Both the position numbers and the translations under genes were made by a program. A stretch of DNA of 59,774 nt from Candidatus Thioglobus sp. (lineage in GTDB: Bacteria; Pseudomonadota; Gammaproteobacteria; PS1; Pseudothioglobaceae): positions 1 through 59,774 of the forward strand of contig NZ_JAQWSS010000011.1 in assembly GCF_029243085.1 (NCBI RefSeq), given 5' to 3'. Below are positions 28,066 through 40,769 of the stretch, piece by piece; position 1 is the stretch's first letter, and every line of letters starts with the position of its first letter. The notes under the pieces were generated by a model, which did not search any database, was not told the DNA's origin, and saw only the letters and a program-made list of their open reading frames with translations.

Positions 28066-28211
28066 ATTCTACTCCTAGAAAATTTAAAATATCCGTTGCA
28101 ATAAGCTACAACTTAAAAATATTTTAATCAAATAATTAATCCAAGTAATTATACATCGATGCTCATCAATATAGCAAATTTTTTTATCATCAATTGTTCT
28201 GTTTTTTAAAA

Positions 28212-28955
28212 TTAATTAGGTTTGCAAATTGAGCAATTAGCATCTTTGTTAACTTTAACCGTTCTAAAATCAAAACTCAATGCATCAACCAGCATTAACT
28301 TGCCTGTAAGCTGTTCACCAATATTTATAACCACTTTTAATGCTTGAAGCGCTTGCATGGTACCCAGCATTCCTGAGACGGGCGCCAGTATACCGTTACT
28401 CGTACAGTTTTCATCACTGTTACCGTCCGGCGAGTACAAACATTGATAACAAGGTTGGTCAATTTCATAACCTTTGAACACTGAAATTTGACCCTCAAAA
28501 CGAATAACTGCTGCAGAAACAAGCGGAACACGTTCTTGAACACATAGTTCATTTATTTTAAAACGAGTTTCAAAATTATCTGTACCATCCAATACCACAT
28601 CAACTTTATTCAACCAATCTGCTAAATTATTCTCATTCAGATCAGTGATGGTAGTTACCTTAATATTAGGATTAATTTTTAGAAGCTTTTCTTTCGCTGA
28701 GTCAACTTTTAATTTATTAATATCTGACGTATGATGAATAACTTGGCGCTGCAAGTTAGATAATTCCACTCGATCAAAATCTGCAATAATTAAATGCCCA
28801 ACACCAGCGGCAGCCAAATACATAGAACTTGGTGCTCCCAACCCACCCATACCAATAAGCAGCATTGTCGAATTTAACAATGCTTCTTGACCCTCAATGC
28901 CAACTTCTGGCAACATGATCTGACGCGAATATCTGAGTAAATCTTGATCGTTCAT
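28212..28955 (-). CDS. MoeB/ThiF family adenylyltransferase
   Basis: RYSRQ, G.GGLG, SNLQRQ, CYQC..C and C-terminal CSIC. Confidence 0.92.
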   Translation of the reverse strand: MNDQDLLRYSRQIMLPEVGIEGQEALLNSTMLLIGMGGLGAPSSMYLAAAGVGHLIIADFDRVELSNLQRQVIHHTSDINKLKVDSAKEKLLKINPNIKVTTITDLNENNLADWLNKVDVVLDGTDNFETRFKINELCVQERVPLVSAAVIRFEGQISVFKGYEIDQPCYQCLYSPDGNSDENCTSNGILAPVSGMLGTMQALQALKVVINIGEQLTGKLMLVDALSFDFRTVKVNKDANCSICKPN

Positions 28956-29443
28956 TGATTAAAGTATTTGTCTATTTTTGGTGTAATTAACATGGCACAA
29001 TAAGGTTGGTTTGGATTATTGTTATAATAGTTCTGATGATAATTTTCAGCTGGGTAAAACAAATCTAACGCGCTCACCTCAGTGACAATATTATCACCTA
29101 ATTTTTGCACAAATTGCTTAGCCTGTATTTGCTGCTCAGTGTTTGTATAAAAAACTGCTGACCGATACTGCGTACCTTTGTCATTACCTTGTTGATTGAG
29201 TGTTGTTGGATCGTGTGTAGCAAAAAATACTGACAACAATTCCTCAAAAGTAACAATTACCTCATCGAATTCTATCTTAACCACCTCTGCATGCCCTGTT
29301 GTTCCAGTACATATATCTTGATAAGTTGGCTTTTGAGTTGTGCCATTACAATAACCAGAAGTGGCATTTAATACGCCTTTTATGCGTTGAAACACAGCCT
29401 CAACACACCAAAAACATCCACCGGCAAAATAAGCTGTTTGCAT
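28952..29443 (-). CDS. msrA: Peptide-methionine (S)-S-oxide reductase
   Basis: GGCFWC, GHAE, QYRS, AE.YHQ; likely ATG 29443. Confidence 0.96.
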   Translation of the reverse strand: MQTAYFAGGCFWCVEAVFQRIKGVLNATSGYCNGTTQKPTYQDICTGTTGHAEVVKIEFDEVIVTFEELLSVFFATHDPTTLNQQGNDKGTQYRSAVFYTNTEQQIQAKQFVQKLGDNIVTEVSALDLFYPAENYHQNYYNNNPNQPYCAMLITPKIDKYFNQ

Positions 29444-29480
29444 GTATGATAAAGTTTTATTAAAAGCATTAGTATAATCG

Positions 29481-30185
29481 ATGAGCGCTCTAGAAGTGAT
29501 TGTACAACTTAAATCTTTAGCAACTATTGAAAGAAAAATAGCGAATGAAAAATTTTTCAAAATGGGTACTGGTCAATATTCAGAGTATGACCAGTTTATT
29601 GGCGTCCGTGCTTCACAAACTAGGACTCTTGCAAAACAATACTTTAAAGCCATCACCTTTACAGAAATTGATAAATTAATCAAACACCCTATTCATGAAA
29701 TACGCCATTGTGCGTTAATCATCCTAGTTAACAAATATCAAGCCAACAATAAAGAAGCAGTTTTTAACTACTACTTAAACAATCTTGATTCGGTTAATAA
29801 TTGGGATCTGGTTGACACCACAGCGCCACACATTATTGGACATTATATTTTCAATCATCATGACAAACTGCACCTCTTAACTGATTTGGCTTATTCAAAA
29901 AATTTATGGAAAAGACGTGTCGCTATAATAGCTACATTAACATTTATAAAGCGAAGTTTATTTACACCTACGCTAACAATTAGTAAGATACTTTTTGATG
30001 ACCAAGAAGATTTAATTCAAAAGGCAGTTGGCTGGATGTTAAGAGAGATTTACAAAAAAGATAGTAACCTTTGTAAAGCCTTCATTCAAGAAAACTATGC
30101 ACAACTACCTAGAACTACTTTAAGATATGCAATTGAACACATGCATGAAAATGAGCGTCATCACTACTTAAAAGGAAGTTTTTAA
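29481..30185 (+). CDS. AlkD-like DNA alkylation repair protein
   Basis: [24 protein letters not shown]. Confidence 0.88.
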   Translation: MSALEVIVQLKSLATIERKIANEKFFKMGTGQYSEYDQFIGVRASQTRTLAKQYFKAITFTEIDKLIKHPIHEIRHCALIILVNKYQANNKEAVFNYYLNNLDSVNNWDLVDTTAPHIIGHYIFNHHDKLHLLTDLAYSKNLWKRRVAIIATLTFIKRSLFTPTLTISKILFDDQEDLIQKAVGWMLREIYKKDSNLCKAFIQENYAQLPRTTLRYAIEHMHENERHHYLKGSF

Positions 30186-30496
30186 TGTATCAAATTAGCT
30201 TTTACGTACCTGAAAAAGATTTAGAATTGGTTAAAAACGCCATGTTTAATGCAGGCGCAGGAAAATTTAATAATTATGAAAATTGCGCTTGGCAAACAAT
30301 TGGTATGGGGCAATTCAAACCCATCAATAATGCCAATCCAACTATTGGTGCACTTGATGAACTTGAAGCTATAGAAGAATATAAGGTTGAAATGATGTGT
30401 GTAGAAGATAACTTACAAATTGTCATCGAAGCTATGAAATTTGCACATCCTTATGAACAAGTAGCTTATAGTGTTTATAAAATGGATAATATATGA
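30185..30496 (+). CDS. YqfO/NIF3-insert (PII-like) small protein
   Basis: AGAG..NY..C.W...G.GQF.P, HPYE. Confidence 0.85.
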   Translation: MYQISFYVPEKDLELVKNAMFNAGAGKFNNYENCAWQTIGMGQFKPINNANPTIGALDELEAIEEYKVEMMCVEDNLQIVIEAMKFAHPYEQVAYSVYKMDNI

Positions 30497-31569
30497 ATTC
30501 GACAGCTCCTTACGAACATGGCTTTATGTTGAGTCTTTTGATTCTAGCTATTGGTGGGCTGATTTGGCTTTTTTTGCCATTTATACCTGCCTTGTTTTTC
30601 TCGTTGTTAATTGCCATTGCAACCTATGGCCAATACAATAAATTGCGCATAAGATTTTCTGATACTGTTGCAGCATTGTTAACAACACTAATGGTTACCG
30701 TTATCTTAATATTGCCACTAGGATATATTTTATTGGTTAGTGGACTTGAGATAACTTCTTTAATACAGAATATTGATAATAACTTTTCTCTTGAACAGAT
30801 TAATCAAATAACTACTAGTACAATTAGCGCTCTGCCAATGTCCGAGTCTATCAAACATACTTTATTGTCAAGTCTTGACACTCATTTGGATAGCTTGCTA
30901 ATCACTGCAAAAGATTTTTCTATTACAATACTAAAAAGTATTGCTAGCTTATCTTCAGGGTTTTTACTGTTTTTAATTATTGTAATATTTTCGTTATTCT
31001 ATTTTTATATTGACGGTCAAAAACTTGTTAAAAAAATTAAAGATTTATCACCACTTGAAAACCACCTTGATGATATCTTGCTCGATTCTTTTGCCAATTT
31101 ATCAATCGCACTAGTAGGTAGTGTCTTTATCATTGCACTGCTACAAGGGCTAGTGTTTAGTATTGGCGCAATGATTGTAGGATTGCCTGTTTTATACTTC
31201 GGAATTGCCATGGCACTTGCAAGCTTTATACCTATCCTTGGTGGCTTAATCATTTGGCTACCTCTAAGTCTATACCTATATGCACAAGGGCAAATCGTTG
31301 ATGCTATGATTATTGTTATTTTTGGCGCACTATTAATTGGAACCATAATCGATCATTTTATCCGCCCTATTATTATCAAAAAATGCTCAAACCAAGCGGA
31401 TAATTCTAGCGCGCTTGACCATACACTGTTAACCGTTCTTTCTACCCTTGCCGGCATTATGCAATTCGGCATTATGGGGTTATTTGTTGGGCCACTCATT
31501 GCGGCTATGGCGATCAGCATATTTGATGTCTATACCATCAAGTACGTAGACTCTCTAGATCGAAGTTAA
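30493..31569 (+). CDS. AI-2E family transporter
   Basis: Multi-TM; IP..G, D...RP, G...FG..GLFVGP. Confidence 0.88.
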   Translation: MNSTAPYEHGFMLSLLILAIGGLIWLFLPFIPALFFSLLIAIATYGQYNKLRIRFSDTVAALLTTLMVTVILILPLGYILLVSGLEITSLIQNIDNNFSLEQINQITTSTISALPMSESIKHTLLSSLDTHLDSLLITAKDFSITILKSIASLSSGFLLFLIIVIFSLFYFYIDGQKLVKKIKDLSPLENHLDDILLDSFANLSIALVGSVFIIALLQGLVFSIGAMIVGLPVLYFGIAMALASFIPILGGLIIWLPLSLYLYAQGQIVDAMIIVIFGALLIGTIIDHFIRPIIIKKCSNQADNSSALDHTLLTVLSTLAGIMQFGIMGLFVGPLIAAMAISIFDVYTIKYVDSLDRS

Positions 31570-31636
31570 AACTGCTTTCTAGTAGTTCGAGCATAATCAG
31601 GTATAATACGGCTCTTTAATTCACAATAGAGTGCTT

Positions 31637-32107
31637 ATGTTAGATAAATTAGTTGAATACATCAAAAACAACCACCCAGATACAAATGTTGATGCATACT
31701 TAGATGCAAAATATATTCAACTCAATAATACGCAGTTAAAACAAATTGCTGATGCACTTGAACGTGGCGACTTAACAACAACTCCCGCTTCTAACTGTGG
31801 TGCTAGCCATTTTATTTTTCATTTTGGTTCAACCATTATTTTGTTGCAAAAAAATTCAACTGAATCAAATGCGGTTTTTACTGCTGAACTTGCCTGGGAA
31901 ACTGATTTTTTATCAGTAAGGTCAGTTAGAGACAAGGCTAAAGGCTTCTATTTTATTAACTTTGAGTTTGATGATGATTACCAAGTAACCCTACTTGAAA
32001 CGCAAAAAATTATTGATGGACACGTTAACAATACTGAAAAGAATCAGAAAATTGTTGACAAGGTTATGCCAGTTCTTAAAGGGTTTATGACAGCTATTTC
32101 AGATTAA
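31637..32107 (+). CDS. Hypothetical protein
   Basis: Open ~156-aa frame preceded by TATAAT; no recognised motif. Confidence 0.7.
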   Translation: MLDKLVEYIKNNHPDTNVDAYLDAKYIQLNNTQLKQIADALERGDLTTTPASNCGASHFIFHFGSTIILLQKNSTESNAVFTAELAWETDFLSVRSVRDKAKGFYFINFEFDDDYQVTLLETQKIIDGHVNNTEKNQKIVDKVMPVLKGFMTAISD

Positions 32108-32133
32108 CTTAAACGTTATTTATTAGATAAAAA

Positions 32134-32418
32134 CTAACCTTCTTGGGTTAGTTTTTTTAGTTTGGGTCCAGCCTTAAAACTGACTACTTTACGCGCAGAT
32201 ATTTCAACTTCTTCACCCGTTTTAGGATTCCTGCCTGGACGAGCAGATTTTTCTCTAATGATGAAATTACCAAAACTAGATAGCTTAACTTCTTCACCAT
32301 GTCCAAGTGTTGATTGAATTTGAGCAAAGAAATTGTTAGTCAAAAGTAATGCTTGAGAATGAGTGATTTGCATTTCACGAACCAGGCTATCGGCGATATC
32401 TTTTTTACTAAGTGACAT
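32134..32418 (-). CDS. ihfA: Integration host factor alpha
   Basis: VKLS.FGNF, RPGRNPKTGE; follows pheT. Confidence 0.93.
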   Translation of the reverse strand: MSLSKKDIADSLVREMQITHSQALLLTNNFFAQIQSTLGHGEEVKLSSFGNFIIREKSARPGRNPKTGEEVEISARKVVSFKAGPKLKKLTQEG

Positions 32419-34781
32419 TATCTAAGTGCAGCAGAGAATTTATCTTTCATTAATCCTAATACCTCTTCTACTTTAGCATTAACCTCATCATCTGCTAATG
32501 TACCTTCTAATGATTGATATGCCAAATTAAGTGCTATACTCTTTTTACCTGCTTCAATGTGCTCACCTTCATAAACATCAAATAAGCTAACGCCAATGAA
32601 ATGCTCTTGATCTAACTCTTTAATTGCATCCGTTAACTGCGCGACTGGCGTTGTCTGATCAACTACTAAAGCAATATCACGTTGGGCTTGCTGGTATGAA
32701 GAGAAAGGTAAATATTTTGAGATTTTTCCAGATAAGACAACTGCTAAATCAATCTCATACACATAACATTTTGATACGGATAATTCTTTTTGAACAATTG
32801 GTGATAAAGCACCAATCCAACCTACTTGCTGACCATCAAGCATAATCATAGCGGTCTGGCCTTTTTGTAAAGCAGGATGTTCAGCTGCTTCAAAATCAAA
32901 TGATGCTGATGTTAAGCTAAGTATCGACTCAAGATCGGCCTTGGCATCAAAAAAGTCTAATGGCTGAGTTTCACTAGACCATTGTGCGTCAAAACGATTA
33001 CCTGAAATAACACCAGCTAATTTATTGGATTGCTCGTCAGCATTAACACCACTAAAACATAGGCCAATTTCAAAAAATCTTGCATCTGTATGTCCGCGCC
33101 TTTGATTAGATTCTACCGTTTGCAACAAGCCTGCCCATAGTGAGGATCGCATGGTTGACATATCAGCTGATATTGGATTTGATAATGTAATTTTTTTAGC
33201 GGATGGGTCAATTAAATCTTGGTATTTCTCAGAAATAAAACTATACGTAATTACCTCTTGATAGCCACGACTAACCAAAGCTTGCATGACATCATACTTA
33301 TCAATTTTCGCTTCTTGGATAGCATTGATATTAGCATCTAAAGATAACTTTTGCACTGGCAATTTATCGTAACCATATAATCTTGCCAACTCTTCAATTA
33401 AATCAGCAGGAATACGAATATCAAACCTAAAACTTGGTGGAATAATCGTCCAAGAATCATCGGTTTTATTGCTGATTTCAAAATCAAGGTTAATAAATTT
33501 TTCCTCAATCCAATTACTATCTAATTCAAAGCCTAATACTTGCTGAATTTTGGATTTTGTTATAGTAATAGGTGTAAGTTCAGGTAATGCTGTTTCGTCG
33601 ATATTAGTACTAATTTCACTCACTTCACCGCCACAGATTTGGGTTACTAATTGTGCGGCACGATCAAGTGCTAATTCAGTAATACCAAAATCAACGCCGC
33701 GTTCAAATCGTAGTGATGACTCTGTATGTAATCCATAATCTCTTGCCTTTCCGGCAATAGATACCGGTTCAAAGAAAGCACTTTCTAATAATATGTCAGT
33801 TGTTGATGCTTGTGTCGCGCTTAACTCACCACCCATAACACCTGCGATTGCTAATACAGAGTTGTCATCTGCAATCACAAGTGTATTGTCTTTTAGCTCA
33901 ACGGTTGATTCGTTTAATAATTCAAGTGTTTCACCTGCAACAGCATTTCTAACATTAATTGCACCATTGATTCTACTAAGATCAAAAGCATGCATTGGTT
34001 GACCTAATTCCATTAATACATAGTTAGTAATATCCACGACTGGCGAGTGTGTTGCCTGACCTGATCTAAGTAATTTATCAGTCATCCATTTTGGTGTGTT
34101 AACCGTATTATCGATACCCTTAATTTCTCTGGTTAAGTATTTAGGGCATGCGGCTACATTGCTAACTTTAGTTGAAATACTTGACTCTCCAACTGTTTTT
34201 ACTTCAACTTCTGGCATAACAAATGCCATGTTGTAATTAGCACTAACTTCACGAGCCACCCCTAGTACTGAAAAACAGTCGCCACGGTTAGGGGTTATAT
34301 CTAATTCAATAATATTATCATCAAGATCTAGATATTCTCTAATATCTTGACCAATTGGCGCTTCACTATCTAGCTCTGCAATGCCATCAGAGGTATCACT
34401 CATACCTAATTCAGACTCAGAACAGATCATCCCAAAAGATTCGACACCACGTAGTTTGGCTTTTTTAATTTTAAAATCACCTGGTAACTTAGCGCCAACT
34501 AAAGCTGCCATTACCTTAAGACCTGTACGTATATTTTTAGCGCCACATATAATCTGTACTGGATCAGCTTCGCCGACATCGACTTGACAGAGGTTAAGCT
34601 TATCTGCATCAGGATGTTTTTCACACGAAAGCACATGCCCCACCACCACTTTAGTAAAGCTTGGTGCAACAGTGTCAATGCCATCTACTTCTAAGCCGGC
34701 CATTGTTAATTGTTCAGCTAATACTTCGTCTGTAACTAAAGGTGAGATCCACTCACGTAACCATGATGTTGAAATATTCAT
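32418..34781 (-). CDS. pheT: Phenylalanyl-tRNA synthetase beta
   Basis: HPDADKL, TPNRGD, RFERGVD, FDX-ACB domain. Confidence 0.98.
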   Translation of the reverse strand: MNISTSWLREWISPLVTDEVLAEQLTMAGLEVDGIDTVAPSFTKVVVGHVLSCEKHPDADKLNLCQVDVGEADPVQIICGAKNIRTGLKVMAALVGAKLPGDFKIKKAKLRGVESFGMICSESELGMSDTSDGIAELDSEAPIGQDIREYLDLDDNIIELDITPNRGDCFSVLGVAREVSANYNMAFVMPEVEVKTVGESSISTKVSNVAACPKYLTREIKGIDNTVNTPKWMTDKLLRSGQATHSPVVDITNYVLMELGQPMHAFDLSRINGAINVRNAVAGETLELLNESTVELKDNTLVIADDNSVLAIAGVMGGELSATQASTTDILLESAFFEPVSIAGKARDYGLHTESSLRFERGVDFGITELALDRAAQLVTQICGGEVSEISTNIDETALPELTPITITKSKIQQVLGFELDSNWIEEKFINLDFEISNKTDDSWTIIPPSFRFDIRIPADLIEELARLYGYDKLPVQKLSLDANINAIQEAKIDKYDVMQALVSRGYQEVITYSFISEKYQDLIDPSAKKITLSNPISADMSTMRSSLWAGLLQTVESNQRRGHTDARFFEIGLCFSGVNADEQSNKLAGVISGNRFDAQWSSETQPLDFFDAKADLESILSLTSASFDFEAAEHPALQKGQTAMIMLDGQQVGWIGALSPIVQKELSVSKCYVYEIDLAVVLSGKISKYLPFSSYQQAQRDIALVVDQTTPVAQLTDAIKELDQEHFIGVSLFDVYEGEHIEAGKKSIALNLAYQSLEGTLADDEVNAKVEEVLGLMKDKFSAALR

Positions 34782-34785
34782 ATAT

Positions 34786-35799
<1,014 letters not shown>

Positions 35800-35820
35800 C
35801 TAGTTTAATAATTTGGTATG

Positions 35821-35847
35821 AAAAAAGCCATGATAAATCATGGCTTT
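35821..35847 (-). terminator. Intrinsic terminator after rplT
   Basis: AAAGCCATGAT-TT-ATCATGGCTTTTTT on -. Confidence 0.75.
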
Positions 35848-35855
35848 AGTTTGGA

Positions 35856-36224
35856 CTATTTAGCTGCTTTAGCTATAGCCTCTTTTGCTTGATCCGCAAT
35901 CTTTGCGAATGCGGCTTTATCAAAAATTGCAATATCTGATAAAACTTTACGATCGATCTCGATGCCTGCTTTGTTCATGCCATCAATTAATCTTGAATAG
36001 CTTAAACCACAATTACGAGCCTCTGCATTAATACGTACAATCCAAAGTCTACGGAACTGACGTCGCTTTTGACGACGGTCACGGTATGCATATTGACCCG
36101 CTTTAATTACCGCTTGCTTAGCAACACGATAGACTTTTGATCTTGCACCGTAATAGCCTTTAGCTTTCTTTAAAATTTTCTTATGTTTTGCGTGCGCTTG
36201 CACACCTCTTGATACTCTTGCCAT
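35856..36224 (-). CDS. rplT: 50S ribosomal protein L20
   Basis: MARV.RG..AKGYYG..YAYRDR. Confidence 0.99.
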   Translation of the reverse strand: MARVSRGVQAHAKHKKILKKAKGYYGARSKVYRVAKQAVIKAGQYAYRDRRQKRRQFRRLWIVRINAEARNCGLSYSRLIDGMNKAGIEIDRKVLSDIAIFDKAAFAKIADQAKEAIAKAAK

Positions 36225-36236
36225 TTTTTATTCTCC

Positions 36237-36434
36237 TTAACTGTACGGTAACATTCTACGAACCATTGGTACATCTACCTTCTCTACTGTATCAGGTGCA
36301 CGTAAACCACGTTTTCTTGAAGTACTCTTTTTAGTCAAGATATGACGCAAGTGAGAGTGTTTACACTTGTAACCACCTTTAGCGGTTTTTTTGAAGCGCT
36401 TTGCAGCACCTCTATTGGTTTTTAACTTCGGCAT
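36237..36434 (-). CDS. rpmI: 50S ribosomal protein L35
   Basis: MPKLKT..GAAKRF..HILTKK. Confidence 0.98.
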   Translation of the reverse strand: MPKLKTNRGAAKRFKKTAKGGYKCKHSHLRHILTKKSTSRKRGLRAPDTVEKVDVPMVRRMLPYS

Positions 36435-36593
36435 AATTTTCTCCTTGTCCTTTGGACATATTTGTTATTCATATGAATAACTTATTATAAAACTGAAGAA
36501 ATAACGAGGTGTAAATTAAACAAGGCATTCGGTCTTGGACAGTACACCTAGGTACGGTAAAGACTGAATAACGCAGTATAATTTAACGCATCG

Positions 36594-37124
36594 TTACTTC
36601 TTCTTTGATTTGGGTGCCAGCATCATGCCTAGCTGACGACCCTCCATTTTTGCCTTCTGTTCAACATTAGCAAATTCTTCTGTATCTTTTTCAATTCTGT
36701 CTAGCATTTCCATGCCCAGCTCTCTGTGTTGCATTTCACGACCACGGAACCATATACTTACTTTAACCTTATCACCATTATCTAAAAACTTAACCAAATT
36801 TCTAAATTTAATTTGGTAATCACCTTCTTCGGTACCTGGACGGTACTTAATAGTTTTAACTTGAGTCTTCTTCTGTTTCTTTTTAGCTTCTTTCTTTTGT
36901 TGTTTTAATTCATAGACATATTTACCAAAATCCATGATTTTACAAACAGGTGGTACAGCATTTGGTGACACTTCGACTAAGTCTAAATTAGCTTCTTTTG
37001 CTTTTTGCTTAGCTTCATTAGTATCTACAATACCAACTTGCCCACCCTGGGCATCAATTAATCGAACTTCTGAAACTCTAATATAGTCATTAACTCGAGT
37101 TTTGTTCTTATTTGATTTATTAAT
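36594..37124 (-). CDS. infC: Translation initiation factor IF-3 (ATT start)
   Basis: Frame stays open upstream of the tracked ORF to ATT at 37124 ([24 protein letters not shown]...), preceded by GAGGG; 176 aa. Confidence 0.93.
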   Translation of the reverse strand: MNKSNKNKTRVNDYIRVSEVRLIDAQGGQVGIVDTNEAKQKAKEANLDLVEVSPNAVPPVCKIMDFGKYVYELKQQKKEAKKKQKKTQVKTIKYRPGTEEGDYQIKFRNLVKFLDNGDKVKVSIWFRGREMQHRELGMEMLDRIEKDTEEFANVEQKAKMEGRQLGMMLAPKSKKK

Positions 37125-37126
37125 AA

Positions 37127-39031
37127 TTATCCCTCTATTGTTTCTTTATTTACCAATTCTACAAACGCCTCGATCGACATAGAACCTAAGTCTTCGCCGC
37201 CGCGTTTGCGCACTGAAATTTCATTATTTTCCATCTCACGTTTACCCGCTACTAAAATATACGGATAACGTTGCATGGAATGCTCGCGTATTTTAAAGCC
37301 TATCTTCTCATTACGCAAGTCTGATATCACTCTAAGCCCTTGTTTTTTTAACTTTTTGTTGACGTCTTTAACAAAATCAAATTGTTTTTCAGAGATGTTA
37401 AGCACAACCGCTTGGATTGGAGCCAACCAAGATGGGAAGGCACCTTCATATTGCTCGATTAAAATTCCAACAAATCTTTCTAGTGATCCAACAATAGCAC
37501 GGTGCAACATAACAGGTGTTTGCTTTGAATTATCTTCTGCAATATATTGAGCATCTAAGCGCTCTGGCATAGAGAAATCGACTTGTAATGTGCCACATTG
37601 CCACTCTCTTGCTAAACAATCTTTCAAGACAAATTCAATCTTAGGGCCATAGAACGCACCTTCACCCTCTTGCAATTCCCAATTGATACCTTTAGCATCC
37701 AACGCTTCAGCCAATGCCGCTTCAGCACGATCCCAAACTTCATCTGAGCCTACACGCTTCTCTGGTCGAGTTGAGAGTTTAATATCCACATTATCAAAAC
37801 CAAAATGCTTATAAACGTCAAAAGTTAGGTCGATAAAATTAGACACTTCAGACTGGATTTGATCTGCAGTACAAAAAATATGCCCATCATCTTGTACAAA
37901 ATTACGCACACGCATTATTCCATGTAACGTGCCTGATGGCTCATTACGATGACATGAACCAAATTCAGCTAAGCGCAATGGCAGGTCACGATATGACTTT
38001 AAGCCTTGATTGAAAATTTGAATATGAGCCGGACAGTTCATTGGTTTCACTGCATAGTCACGGTTTTCACTATTGGTAGTGAACATGGCATCGCCAAATT
38101 TATCCCAGTGGCCTGACTTTTCCCATAAGGTTCTATCGATTAATTGAGGGGTGTGAACCTCTTTGTAATCATTATCTCTAAACACTGTGCGCATATACTG
38201 TTCAACGATTTGATAAAGCGTCCAACCTTTTTCATGCCAAAACACCATGCCTGGTGCTTCTTCTTGCATATGAAACAAATCTTGTGTTTTACCGATCTTA
38301 CGATGATCGCGCTTTTCAGCCTCTTCCAAACGATGCAGATGTGCATCTAAATCTTCCTTGGTTGCCCAAGCAGTACCATAGACGCGCTGAAGCATTTCGT
38401 TGTCACTGTTACCACGCCAGTAAGCACCAGCTAGCTTCATCAGTTTAAAAGCTTTAAGTCTTGAGGTTGATGGCACATGAGGTCCGCGACACAAATCAAT
38501 AAAATCACCTTGCTTGTATAAAGAAAGTGTTTGATCCGCTGGAATAGATTCAATAATTTCAGCTTTATAATGCTCGCCTTTAGCTTTGAAAAATTCTACC
38601 GCTTCATCGCGTGACATTTCACTACGCTCAATCTTTAAACTTTGCTTAACCAGCTTCTTCATGTTTTTTTCAATTTGCACTAAATCAGCTTCTGAAAAAC
38701 CATCTTTGTAAGCAAAATCATAGAAAAAGCCATTATCAATTACTGGTCCGATTGTAACTTGTGCTTCTGGATATAGCATTTGAGTAGCTTGTGCCAATAG
38801 ATGTGCCGTAGAATGACGAATCACTTCAAGACCTTCTTCATCCTTAGCTGTAATAATTGACACACTAGCATCTGCTTCAATCATGTAAGAAGCGTCAACC
38901 ATTTCACCATTCACCTTGCCGGCAAGAGTCGCTTTAGCTAAACCAGAACCGATGGACTTAGCAACTTCAAATACGCTTAGCGCTTGATCAAAAGATTTTT
39001 CAGTGCCGTCTGGCAAGGTAATGATTGGCAT
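37127..39031 (-). CDS. thrS: Threonyl-tRNA synthetase
   Basis: RHSTAH, DLCRGPH, KPMNCP, GAFYGPK. Confidence 0.99.
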   Translation of the reverse strand: MPIITLPDGTEKSFDQALSVFEVAKSIGSGLAKATLAGKVNGEMVDASYMIEADASVSIITAKDEEGLEVIRHSTAHLLAQATQMLYPEAQVTIGPVIDNGFFYDFAYKDGFSEADLVQIEKNMKKLVKQSLKIERSEMSRDEAVEFFKAKGEHYKAEIIESIPADQTLSLYKQGDFIDLCRGPHVPSTSRLKAFKLMKLAGAYWRGNSDNEMLQRVYGTAWATKEDLDAHLHRLEEAEKRDHRKIGKTQDLFHMQEEAPGMVFWHEKGWTLYQIVEQYMRTVFRDNDYKEVHTPQLIDRTLWEKSGHWDKFGDAMFTTNSENRDYAVKPMNCPAHIQIFNQGLKSYRDLPLRLAEFGSCHRNEPSGTLHGIMRVRNFVQDDGHIFCTADQIQSEVSNFIDLTFDVYKHFGFDNVDIKLSTRPEKRVGSDEVWDRAEAALAEALDAKGINWELQEGEGAFYGPKIEFVLKDCLAREWQCGTLQVDFSMPERLDAQYIAEDNSKQTPVMLHRAIVGSLERFVGILIEQYEGAFPSWLAPIQAVVLNISEKQFDFVKDVNKKLKKQGLRVISDLRNEKIGFKIREHSMQRYPYILVAGKREMENNEISVRKRGGEDLGSMSIEAFVELVNKETIEG

Positions 39032-39068
39032 GATAAAAATATCAATAAATAAAAGCGTTCATTTTACC

Positions 39069-40769
39069 TTATTCTAAGGCAGATATTTGCTCAACCATTA
39101 GCTGTAGAGAAGTATTTCCACGCCAGATATTTATAGCAAGTTTATAGGCAACTGTTACGATTTCTGATTCGAGTGGCGCTTGAAAAAAAGCTATTCCATC
39201 ATGAACTTGAGCATCTCCTTTGAGTTTTAAACGACATTTAAGATGTTTTTCACCCACAATTTTCTGATCAACGATTTCAAATTCACCATAAAAAACAGGC
39301 TCTTCAAACCCTTGCCCCCATGGGCCTGCCTGTTTAAGGACTTCGGCATTAGCTAAAGAAATATCACAAGCTTCAAGTTTCCCGTCAGTTAATAGATCAA
39401 CAGTTGGAATTTCATTGTTTAGATGTGTCTTAATAGCTGCGTCAAATGCTCGCTTAAATGAATAAAAATTCTCAGCTTCGATACTTAAGCCTGCAGCCAT
39501 TGCATGGCCACCAAATTTTAATATTAAACCTGGATTATCTCGATCCACCAAATCCAATAGATCTTTAATATGAACACTTGGGATTGAACGTATTGAGCCT
39601 TTTAAAAATGAGCCAGATTTAGCAAATACAGCTACTGGGCAATGATAATCCTCCTTGAGCTTGCCTGCAACGATACCGACAATACCTTCATGCCAAGATG
39701 GGTCAAACAAGCTTAATGAAAATTTACCTTCTGATACATCTTGGCTATCGACAATGGCTTGCGCCTCATCTTGAATGCGAGTTTGCTCTTCTTTGCGTTT
39801 TTGGTTAAAAGCTTCAAGTTCACTAGCATAACGCCTCGCATCGTTCATATCCTCAGTCAATAAACATTTAATACCTCTAGAAATATCACTGAGGCGCCCT
39901 GCAGCATTAAGACGAGGACCTACAGCAAAACCGAGATCACTTGCTTGTAGAGTTGGCGCTTGCCTGTTGGCAATTTCAAGTAGTGCCAAAATTCCCGGAG
40001 AACATTGCTTGGCCTGTATGCGCTTAATTCCTTGATCGATCAAGATACGGTTATTTTGATCCAATCTCACTACATCAGCCACAGTGCCTAATGCCACTAG
40101 ATCTAATACTTTGCGTAAATCGGGCAATGGAATGCTGTTGTTTACAAAATATTGATTTTTATTAAGGTGGGTTTTAAGTGCTGAAAACAAATAAAAACAT
40201 ACACCTACACCGGCCAAGTTTTTACTTAAAAATGCACACCCTTTTAAATTTGGATTGATGATAGCGTCAGCTTCGGGCAACTCATCGCTCGGCAAGTGAT
40301 GGTCTGTAATAATCACTTTAATGCCTGATGCTTTAGCTAATTGAGCACCATCAAAACTTGATATACCGTTATCAACAGTGATAATCAGATCTGGCTGCTT
40401 CTCACGTATGGCTAATTGGACAATTTCCGGTGACAATCCATAACCATGTTCAAATCGATTAGGCACTAAAAAATCAACGTATTTAGCACCCATCATTCTC
40501 AATGATTTAACCGCTACAACTGATGCAGTAGCTCCATCACAATCAAAATCACCAATAATTAAAATACGTTTTTGCTCTAGCAGTGCGTTTTCAAGCAACA
40601 ACAGTGCCTGATCTAACTGGTCAAAATTGGGTGTCAGTAAATCAGACAAACCTAAAGATAGCTGAGATTCACTCATGCCACGAGCGGCATATATTTTTTT
40701 TAAAAAACTCGGAATATCATCCGAATAAGAATCAAATAAGGTCGAATCAAATTGCCTAGTTAGCATCAC
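39069..40769 (-). CDS. recJ: ssDNA exonuclease RecJ
   Basis: GDFDCDG, TVDNG, TDHH, PRLNAAGR, GGHAMAAG. Confidence 0.97.
   Translation of the reverse strand: MMLTRQFDSTLFDSYSDDIPSFLKKIYAARGMSESQLSLGLSDLLTPNFDQLDQALLLLENALLEQKRILIIGDFDCDGATASVVAVKSLRMMGAKYVDFLVPNRFEHGYGLSPEIVQLAIREKQPDLIITVDNGISSFDGAQLAKASGIKVIITDHHLPSDELPEADAIINPNLKGCAFLSKNLAGVGVCFYLFSALKTHLNKNQYFVNNSIPLPDLRKVLDLVALGTVADVVRLDQNNRILIDQGIKRIQAKQCSPGILALLEIANRQAPTLQASDLGFAVGPRLNAAGRLSDISRGIKCLLTEDMNDARRYASELEAFNQKRKEEQTRIQDEAQAIVDSQDVSEGKFSLSLFDPSWHEGIVGIVAGKLKEDYHCPVAVFAKSGSFLKGSIRSIPSVHIKDLLDLVDRDNPGLILKFGGHAMAAGLSIEAENFYSFKRAFDAAIKTHLNNEIPTVDLLTDGKLEACDISLANAEVLKQAGPWGQGFEEPVFYGEFEIVDQKIVGEKHLKCRLKLKGDAQVHDGIAFFQAPLESEIVTVAYKLAINIWRGNTSLQLMVEQISALE

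Noticed and set aside
27883-28955. ThiF plus small ORF as a RiPP or ubiquitin-like sulfur-carrier system
   Set aside because: The small protein lacks a C-terminal GG, and the ThiF/MoeB looks canonical and is coupled to msrA
29444-29560. Apparent head-to-head overlap of msrA and the alkD-like gene
   Set aside because: Disappears when msrA starts at ATG 29443
35800-35855. pheM-type attenuator upstream of pheS
   Set aside because: The 56-bp gap holds only a terminator hairpin and no Phe-rich leader peptide
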